A DNA stretch of 64,000 bases. Origin: an uncultured Holophagales bacterium (GTDB lineage Bacteria; Acidobacteriota; Thermoanaerobaculia; Multivoradales; UBA5704). The position numbers were made by a program, and so were the translations under genes. Below the pieces are notes generated by a model. That model had not been told where the DNA came from. It saw nothing but the letters and a program-made list of their open reading frames with translations, and did not search any database. The stretch is taken from assembly GCA_963842525.1 (NCBI GenBank), contig CAWJGT010000003.1, positions 32,001-96,000 of the forward strand, written 5' to 3'. Positions within the stretch are counted from its first letter, which is position 1; the number at the start of each line of letters is the position of its first letter. Below are positions 56,468-64,000 of this stretch, piece after piece.

Positions 56468-59047
56468 TCACTCCTCCCGCAGCACCTCGATCGGGCGCCG
56501 TTCGAGCGCCCGGAGGCTGGCGGCCAGGCCGGCGGCGATGGTGAGGATCACGCCGCTGGCGAGGGCCACGGCGATGGGCAGCGGCTCGAAGCGGAAGTCC
56601 AGCTCGAAGCCGTGGTGCAGGATCCCCCAGGCCAGGGCCGTGCCGCCCGCCGTGCCGATCAGCGCGGCGACCAGGCCGATCAGGGCGTATTCCACCGCGA
56701 AGGTGCCGGCGACGTTGCGGCGGGTCATCCCCAGGGTCTTGAGCAGGGCCACCTCGCGGCCGCGGCGGACCGAGCCGGCGGTCACCGCGCCGGCCAGGAT
56801 CGCGATCCCGGCGAGCACCGTGAAGCCGCCCAGGAAGCGGATGCCGACGCCGATCCGGTCGAGCACCTGCGCGACCTTTTCCAGGATCTCGCGGATGCGC
56901 AGCAGCGTCACGTTCGGATAGCCGGCCGCGAGCAGGTCCTGGAACCTCTGCTCCGTGCCGCGCGGGAGCTGGAAGGCGGCCAGCCGCAGTTGCGGCGCGT
57001 TCTCCAGCACGCCCGGCTCGACGACCAGGAAGAAGTTGATGCCGAAGGTCCGCCAGTCCACCGTCCGCAGGCTGGTGACCTTCAGGTCGACGGGCACGCC
57101 CTGGATGTCGAAGCGGATCATCGAGCCGAGCTTGAGGCCCATGTCGTCCGCGAACTCCTGCTCCACGCTCACCTCGGCGTGCGCCGGATCGTTCCACAGG
57201 GAGCCCGCGACGACCTGGTTGTCGGCGGGCAGGTCCTCGACGTAGGTCAGGCGCTGCTCGCGGGTCAGGGCCCAGCGGCGCCCGCCCTCGCGATTGTCGC
57301 GGCCATTACGGCCATCCCGGCCACGGCGTTGCCCGCGGGTCAGCTCCGCGACCGTGCGGCCGTCGAGGGCCGAGATCCGGGCCATGACCACCGGGACCGA
57401 CTCGATGCGGGTTGCGCCCTCGCGCTGGAGCAGCGCCAGGATGCCAGGCCATTGGGCCGGCTGGACGTCGACCAGGAAGGCGCTGGGGGCCTCCGTGGGC
57501 ATGTCCGTCGACAGCTCCCGATTGAGCCGCCGCTGCACCAGCGACATGGAGAGGACGACGAGCACGCCGAGGCCGAGGGCGACGATGGCGCCGACGGTCG
57601 AGGCGCCGGGCCGGGCGAGCGCCGCGATGCCGTGCCGCAGCCACGGGCGCCGGACGGACTCGCGCGGCATGCGCCGGATCCCCCGCGATACCAGGAGCGC
57701 CGCCGCGGTGAGGGCGAGCGCGGCCACGGCGACACCGGCGGTGAAGCGGGCGCCGAGGTCCCACGAGCGCGCCTGGAGGCTCGCCATGGTCCACACGCCG
57801 AGGATCAGGGCGAGCACCGTGGCGGCGGTGACCCAGCGGTGGGAGGGAAGCGGCTCGGCCTCGCGCCGCAGCACCCGGGCCGGCGGCACGCGCAGCACGG
57901 CCGAGAGCGGCGGCAGGCTGAAGAGCACCGCCACGCCGAGGCCCAGGCCGAGCCCGCGCAGCAGCGACTGCGGCTGCCAGGGGCGGACCAGCTCGGCGGG
58001 AATCAGGTCCGGGAAGAGCGACGGAAGGGCGAGCTGGACCAGCGCGCCGGCAACGATCCCCACCAGGCTGCCGGCGAGGCCGAGCAGCGCCGTCTGCCCG
58101 AGATAAAGGGGAAAGATCTCGCGCGGGCGAAGCCCCAGGCACTTGAGCACCGCGATGGCGTCCAGCCGGCTCGCCATCCAGGCGCGCACGCTCTGGGCCA
58201 CGCCGATGCCGCCGACGAAGAGCGAGAGCAGAGCGACGAGGCCGAGGAAGCGGTCGACGCGCGCGATGCTCCGGCGCAGCGCGGGCTGCGCCTCGCGCCA
58301 GGTCTCGATGCGGTAGAACGACAGGTCGGGCAGCAACGCCCGCCGCAGCCGCTGCTTGGCGGCGTCCAGCTCCCCTGCCGAGAGGTCTTCGGGGAGCTTG
58401 AGCAGCGTGCGGTAGCCGATGCGGCTGCCGCGGCCCACCAGGCCGCTGCGGGCAAATGCCTCCGGGGACAGGAAGACCCGCGGCCCCAGGGTGAACGATA
58501 TGCTGATGCGGTCCGGCTCCGAGAGCACCTCGCCGGCGATCCGGAAGGGCTGGCCGCCGATGCGCAAGGTGTCCCCGGTGCGCAGGCCGAGGCGCGCGAG
58601 CAGCTCGGAGGCGACGACGGCCGTGCCGGGACGCAGGAGGCCGCGCAGCGGCACGCGGGGCCGCAGCTCGAGCTTGCCGTAGAAGGGATAGTCGCCGCGG
58701 ACGACCTTGAGCTCGACGAGCTGGCTCTTGCCGGGCCGGCCCGGCGCCTGGGGTGGGCCGGTGACGACCGTGACGGTCTCCTGGATGTCGGTGCGCTGCG
58801 CGTCTTCGAGGCCGGCCTTGGCGAGGTCGAGCCCCGGCGGCAGCGGCCGGTTCCCTTCGATCGAGAGGTCGGCCGCCAGGAGCTGCCGGGCCTCGGTGCG
58901 GATCCCTTCGTCCAGGCTGGCCGACATGCCCGCGACGGCGACCACGGCGGCCACTCCGACGGACAGGCAGGCGACGAAGAAGGTGAGCCGGCCGCGGGCG
59001 CCGCGCGACTCGCGGATGAGGCTGCGGAGGTAGAACGCCAGGCTCAA
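56468..59047 (-). CDS. YbbP-like FtsX-family ABC permease
   Basis: LLAADL, YPFYG, EPDR, IAVLKCLG, PSAFLVDVQ, INFF, EVALLKTLG. Confidence 0.92.
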   Translation of the reverse strand: MSLAFYLRSLIRESRGARGRLTFFVACLSVGVAAVVAVAGMSASLDEGIRTEARQLLAADLSIEGNRPLPPGLDLAKAGLEDAQRTDIQETVTVVTGPPQAPGRPGKSQLVELKVVRGDYPFYGKLELRPRVPLRGLLRPGTAVVASELLARLGLRTGDTLRIGGQPFRIAGEVLSEPDRISISFTLGPRVFLSPEAFARSGLVGRGSRIGYRTLLKLPEDLSAGELDAAKQRLRRALLPDLSFYRIETWREAQPALRRSIARVDRFLGLVALLSLFVGGIGVAQSVRAWMASRLDAIAVLKCLGLRPREIFPLYLGQTALLGLAGSLVGIVAGALVQLALPSLFPDLIPAELVRPWQPQSLLRGLGLGLGVAVLFSLPPLSAVLRVPPARVLRREAEPLPSHRWVTAATVLALILGVWTMASLQARSWDLGARFTAGVAVAALALTAAALLVSRGIRRMPRESVRRPWLRHGIAALARPGASTVGAIVALGLGVLVVLSMSLVQRRLNRELSTDMPTEAPSAFLVDVQPAQWPGILALLQREGATRIESVPVVMARISALDGRTVAELTRGQRRGRDGRNGRDNREGGRRWALTREQRLTYVEDLPADNQVVAGSLWNDPAHAEVSVEQEFADDMGLKLGSMIRFDIQGVPVDLKVTSLRTVDWRTFGINFFLVVEPGVLENAPQLRLAAFQLPRGTEQRFQDLLAAGYPNVTLLRIREILEKVAQVLDRIGVGIRFLGGFTVLAGIAILAGAVTAGSVRRGREVALLKTLGMTRRNVAGTFAVEYALIGLVAALIGTAGGTALAWGILHHGFELDFRFEPLPIAVALASGVILTIAAGLAASLRALERRPIEVLREE

Positions 59048-59051
59048 GCCG

Positions 59052-59774
<723 letters not shown>

Positions 59775-59877
59775 CGGACGGAATAAGCGAAGGGCGCCCC
59801 GGTTTTGTTCCACGCAGGATGGTACGACCGGCGCCGGCCGATCTTACCCTGTCTGGTTTGGAGCACTGGAGATCGAG

Positions 59878-60619
59878 ATGGCGACGACCTGGCGCAGACT
59901 TCCCTTCCTTTTCTTCCTGTCCTTCCTGTTTCTGGGGCTGCTCGCCTGCAGGCAAGTTGAGACCGGGGAGACCTCCGAGGCTCCCGCGCCCGAGCGGGCG
60001 GCGCCTCCTGCTCCAGCCGCCGCCCCTGCTCCCGCGCCGACCGCCGCCGGGGGCTCCGGTCGTCGTCTTCCTGGGCGACAGCCTGACGGCCGGCCTGGGC
60101 CTCGACGGCGACCAGGCCTATCCGGCCCTCCTGGCGCGCCGGCTCGCCGAGCAGGGCACGCCGGCCCGGGTGATCAACGCCGGGGTGAGCGGCGACACGA
60201 CCGCGGGCGGGCTCTCCCGTCTCGACTGGCTGCTGCGCCAGAAGCCCGACGTGATCGTGGTGGGTCTGGGCGGCAACGACGGCCTGCGCGGGGTCGACCT
60301 GGCGCAGACCGAGAGCAACCTGCGGGAGATCGTCCGCCGCGCCAAGGCCGCGGGAGTGCGCGTCCTCCTGCTCGGCATGCGGATCCCGCCCAACTACGGC
60401 CCCGAGTACACGAGCCGCTTCGAAGCCATGTATCCGGAGATCGCCAGGGAGCAGGGTGTCCCCCTGGTTCCCTTCCTCCTCGAGGGCGTCGGCGGCATCG
60501 CCGACCTCAACCAGGAGGACGCCATCCACCCGACGGCAAAGGGGCAGGAGATCGTTGCGGACAACGTGGAGCCCTACCTGCTGGAGATGTTGGAGATCCG
60601 GGCGGCCGCAGCGCGGTGA
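59878..60619 (+). CDS. Arylesterase/TesA-like GDSL lipoprotein; frameshift near 60050
   Basis: Lipobox LLAC in one frame; FLGDSLTAG, NAGVSGDTT, GGNDG, PPNYG and DAIHP in the next; divergent from ybbA as in the E. coli tesA-ybbAP layout. Confidence 0.88.
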
Positions 60620-60624
60620 AAAAG

Positions 60625-60703
60625 CAAGGACACCAAGGACAACAACGACGCCAACGACAAGAACGGCGTCCTTGAAGTCCTTGATGTCCTTTGGGTCCTT
60701 TGG
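60625..60703. repeat. Imperfect palindrome built from 4+4 nine-bp units between convergent genes
   Basis: CAASGACNN x4, 7-bp loop, GTCCTTKNN x4. Confidence 0.85.
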
Positions 60704-60719
60704 AGACCCGGTTCGGCGG

Positions 60720-61499
60720 CTATCTGCCCGGCCCCTTCGCCCCCTCCCACAGCGCATCCATCTCTTCCAGCGTCGCCTCGGCCGCGGAGATCCCCTTTTC
60801 GGCGAGGCCCTTTTCGACCTGCTCGAAGCGGCGGCGGAACTTGCGGTTGGTGCCGGCGAGGGCGGCTTCGGGGTCGATGTCCAGCTTGCGGGCGAGGTTG
60901 GCGAGGGTGAAGAAGAGGTCGCCGATCTCCTCCCGCACGGCCTCCTTGTCCTGGCTTGCGAGAGCCTGGCGCAGCTCGGCGGTCTCCTCGTCGACCTTGG
61001 CGAGGACGGATTGGGCGTCCGGCCAGTCGAATCCGACCCCGGCGGCCTTCTGGGTCAGGCGGTAGGCGGCGAGGAGGGCGGGGAGAGAGCCGGGGACGCC
61101 GGCGAGGAGCGATTCGCGGCCCGGCTCTTCCCGCAGCTTCCGGCGCTCCCAGGCTTGGCGCACCGCGTCGGCGTCGGCCAGTACCTCGTCGCCGAAGACG
61201 TGCGGGTGGCGTTCCACCATTTTCCGGTGGACGCGATCGACGACCTGTGAGACTCTGAAGGCGCCTGCTTCCTCGGCCAGCCGTCCGATGAAGGCGACCT
61301 GGAAGAGCAGGTCTCCGAGCTCTTCGGCCAGCTCCCCCCAGTCGCCGCTGTCGATGGCGCCGGCCACCTCGTGGGCCTCTTCGAGGAGGTAGGCGCGGAC
61401 GTCGGCGAGGCCCTGCTCGCGGTCCCAGGGGCAGCCGTCCGGGGCGCGGAGGCGGGCCACGAGGTCGAGCAGCTTCTGGAGATCGGGGGTTTCGGTCAT
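60720..61499 (-). CDS. mazG: Nucleoside triphosphate pyrophosphohydrolase MazG
   Basis: LRAPDGCPWDREQ, EELGDLL, RHPHVF, GFDW, EEIGDL, KFRRRF. Confidence 0.96.
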   Translation of the reverse strand: MTETPDLQKLLDLVARLRAPDGCPWDREQGLADVRAYLLEEAHEVAGAIDSGDWGELAEELGDLLFQVAFIGRLAEEAGAFRVSQVVDRVHRKMVERHPHVFGDEVLADADAVRQAWERRKLREEPGRESLLAGVPGSLPALLAAYRLTQKAAGVGFDWPDAQSVLAKVDEETAELRQALASQDKEAVREEIGDLFFTLANLARKLDIDPEAALAGTNRKFRRRFEQVEKGLAEKGISAAEATLEEMDALWEGAKGPGR

Positions 61500-61607
61500 C
61501 GGGAGGCCTCCGGGACCGGGGGCGCGCTTGCCCGCCGGGAAATCGGCTTGCTACGATTTTTCAACAGCTCGTCGAGAACCGTCCCGAGAGCCCGTCAGAA
61601 AGGAAAG

Positions 61608-62144
61608 GTGTCCAGGGTGAGCAGTCACGACAGAGAGATCAAGGTCACCGACAAGCGGATGTTTACGGCAGACGGCGAGCTGCGCGAAGAGTATCGCGAC
61701 CTCCTGGAAAAAGCGACCTCCGCGCCGGCTCCCGCTGCCACCGCCGCCGAGCCTGCCGAGCCCCCGGCGACCGCCGCGCCCCACGCGTCTCACGCCCCCC
61801 AGACACCACGCGGCACCGCGGCGGACCGGCGGCCCGCGCAGCGCGAGCCCGCGCCTCCTCCGGCGCCGGACGTCCCCCTCGACCTGCCGGAGGACTCGTC
61901 CGACTTCGGGCCTTCGTTCTATGACCTCGTGGCGATGATGGCCGAGCCCATCCCCATCTACCTGGGCGACGTCGAGCTGCCGAACGGCCAGTCGGCCGAA
62001 AACCTGGAAATGGCCCACCTGCACATCGACCTGCTCGACGTGCTGCGGCAGAAGACCGCCGGCAACCTTTCGGTCCAGGAAGCCGCTTTCCTCGAGGACC
62101 TGCTCTACCGCATGCGGGTCCGTTATGTCCAGAAGACGCGTTAG
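61608..62144 (+). CDS. DUF1844 domain protein
   Basis: IKVTDKR N-terminus; NLEMA...IDLL..LRQKTAGNL...E...LEDLLY. Confidence 0.8.
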   Translation: MSRVSSHDREIKVTDKRMFTADGELREEYRDLLEKATSAPAPAATAAEPAEPPATAAPHASHAPQTPRGTAADRRPAQREPAPPPAPDVPLDLPEDSSDFGPSFYDLVAMMAEPIPIYLGDVELPNGQSAENLEMAHLHIDLLDVLRQKTAGNLSVQEAAFLEDLLYRMRVRYVQKTR

Positions 62145-63861
62145 CACCCTCCTGGCCGTGGCGCTCCTCTCCGTGCCGTTGCCCGCGGCGGCGGCCGGCG
62201 GGCAGGTGTCCTCGGCCCAGGTGACCGGCGTCGAGATGACGCCGCCCGTGCGCCGCGCCCTGAAGCAGCTCGAAGAGCAGTGGCTGCAGTGGGTCGTCCA
62301 GAACAGCCAGCAGGGCTCCGACCGCGTGGTCGACGACCTGCTCGCCACCGCGCGGCAGCTCGGGATGGCCCGGCTCCCCGACCTGAGCGTCGGCACCCTC
62401 GCGCGCGCCGTCCAGGCGGCGCGGGCCGCGGACTTCGCCCGCGCCCGCTGGGCCCTCGCCGCCGCCGAGCGCCTCGACCCCGGGCGGCCGGAGACGGCCT
62501 TCGCCGCCGCCACCGTCGAGCGGTTGGCGGGGAGCTATCCCGCCGCGTTCGTGGCCCTCGTCCGCGGCTACGTGCGCGTCTTCGGCCTGACGATGGAACG
62601 CACCCTCTGGCTGCAGAACCTCCTGGTCTGGGGCCTGTCGCTCCTGCTGCTGGCCGGCGCCCTGTTCATCGCCCTCCAGATGGCGACCAAGGGCGGCGAC
62701 CTGTGGCGCGACCTGGTGGGCTTCCTCTCCCGCCTCCTCCCCGGGCCGGTGGCGGTGGTCCTGGCCGTCGCCGTCCTGGTCTGGCCGGCGGCTCTCCCTT
62801 CGGGGCCGCTGTGGCTCCCTCTCTACTGGTCGGTGCTGCTCTGGGCGTACTGCTCGACCAGCGAGCGCGTGGTGCTGGCGGCGCTCTGGGCCCTGGTGGC
62901 GGTGAGCCCGGTCCTCATCGGCCTGCAGAGCCGCCGCATCGCGGTGATGCTGTCGCCGCCGGCCCAGGCCATGGAGAGCCTGCAGCGCCACCGCCTGTAT
63001 GGCAGCCTGTTTGCCGACCTTGGCGCGCTACGCTCGCTGCTGCCCGACAGCGCGCCGGTGAAGCAGCTCCTGGGAGACGTCCACCGCTCGCTCAACCAGT
63101 GGGACCTGGCCTCTTCGCTCTATCGCCAGGTGCTGGAGCAGGAGCCGGAGAACACGGCCGCGCAGATGGATCTCGGGGCCCACGCCTTCCTCAAGGGGGA
63201 CTTCGGCACCGCCATCCAGCACTTCCAGAAGATCGCTACCGCCGATCCGACGAGCGCTGCCGCCCAGTTCAACCTGAGCCAGGCCTATTCCGAGTCGTAC
63301 CTGTTCGACGAATCGAAGCGCGCTCTCGCCCAGGCACGGCAGATCGACGATGCGCGGGTCGACGTCTGGATGCGCGACGTGGCACAGCAGCGGGTGGTCA
63401 CCTTGAACGGCGGCATGGCGCGCATCCCGGAGATCCGGCGCGAGCTGCTCGCGGCCTACCACACGCGCGAGGCCCCCTCGGCGCGCCTGGAGCAGATCCG
63501 CAAGGCCCTGCCGCTGGCCGTGCCCGTCGGCCTCGCGCTGCTGACCCTGGCCCTCTATGTCGCCCGGCGCCCGTTCCGGGATGCGGAGAGGTCCGAGCCG
63601 GTGGCGTACCGGCCGTATGGGCGCTGGCAGCGCGTCCTGCTGCCCGGCCTGGTCTCCGCCGAGGCCGGGGAAGGGCCGCAGAGCTTCCTGGCGCTGCTCC
63701 TGCCGGCGGCCCTGCTGATGCTGCCGCTGTTCGGGGGGTTGGGCTATCGCATCCCCTGGGGGTATGATCCGGGCAATCTCGCAGCCTGGATCCTGGCGAT
63801 CCTGGGTCTGTCCCTGTACGTTGGCGCGCGGCTCCGCTGGGAGCTGCGCAACGAGGTATGA
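62125..63861 (+). CDS. Membrane TPR protein
   Basis: Signal peptide, TM helices, TPR motifs (LGDVHR...YRQVLEQEP, AQFNLSQAY). Confidence 0.8.
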   Translation: MSRRRVSTLLAVALLSVPLPAAAAGGQVSSAQVTGVEMTPPVRRALKQLEEQWLQWVVQNSQQGSDRVVDDLLATARQLGMARLPDLSVGTLARAVQAARAADFARARWALAAAERLDPGRPETAFAAATVERLAGSYPAAFVALVRGYVRVFGLTMERTLWLQNLLVWGLSLLLLAGALFIALQMATKGGDLWRDLVGFLSRLLPGPVAVVLAVAVLVWPAALPSGPLWLPLYWSVLLWAYCSTSERVVLAALWALVAVSPVLIGLQSRRIAVMLSPPAQAMESLQRHRLYGSLFADLGALRSLLPDSAPVKQLLGDVHRSLNQWDLASSLYRQVLEQEPENTAAQMDLGAHAFLKGDFGTAIQHFQKIATADPTSAAAQFNLSQAYSESYLFDESKRALAQARQIDDARVDVWMRDVAQQRVVTLNGGMARIPEIRRELLAAYHTREAPSARLEQIRKALPLAVPVGLALLTLALYVARRPFRDAERSEPVAYRPYGRWQRVLLPGLVSAEAGEGPQSFLALLLPAALLMLPLFGGLGYRIPWGYDPGNLAAWILAILGLSLYVGARLRWELRNEV

Positions 63862-63900
63862 GCCGCGCTCGCCTGCGGGCACGGCCGAGGACCGTCGACG

Positions 63901-64000
63901 ATGGCCGTTGAAGGAAATCTCGAGCTCTTCAAGCTGCCGGAGATCCTGCAGCTCGTCTCCCAGCAGCGCAAGACCGGGATCCTGACCGTCCAGGGACAGC
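63901..64000 (+). CDS. DUF4388 (PATAN-like) protein, 5' part only
   Basis: MAVEGNLELFKLPEILQLVSQQRKTGILTV; runs off the window edge. Confidence 0.8.
   Translation, partial: MAVEGNLELFKLPEILQLVSQQRKTGILTVQGQ

Overview
High-GC bacterial chromosomal segment. Gene content and repeat families suggest Acidobacteriota (Thermoanaerobaculia-like); this is inference only. Several conserved genes carry single-base indels, probably long-read assembly errors. From left to right: (1) the 3' part of a Wsp-like chemosensory operon (two chemoreceptors with unusual C-terminal Cache domains, 2x CheW, CheA-REC, REC-GGDEF); (2) vapBC; (3) a stand-alone MbtH/type II thioesterase/Sfp-PPTase operon followed by a ~17-copy, 20-bp-period TATCCACCGC array; (4) a secreted CSLREA beta-helix protein, an M61 peptidase, an aminotransferase and an APC permease; (5) a TPR-CHAT protease gene between an atypical sensor kinase and a pseudo-receiver/wHTH gene; (6) a kynB/ferritin-like/3-hydroxyacyl-CoA DH/SDR unit; (7) an 11-gene, tightly coupled putative lipid or N-acyl-amide biosynthetic operon (2x B12-radical SAM, 2x GNAT-like, GH3 ligase, AurF-like diiron oxygenase, desaturase, Rieske oxygenase, NTF2-like, alpha/beta hydrolase, PAP2); (8) a 124-bp x4 palindromic tandem array; (9) ntrY-like kinase, cdd, mdh and a membrane PP2C phosphatase; (10) two tandem, paralogous, unannotated small-RNA-like units, each with phased TTGAG boxes, a promoter and a terminator; (11) HEPN-MNT, SWIM-SNF2, ydbST-like, ybbP/ybbA/tesA, mazG and housekeeping genes. 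REPIN-like palindromic elements are scattered throughout. The strongest novelty candidates are the 11-gene operon (29.7-40.9 kb) and the sRNA-like pair (49.3-49.9 kb).
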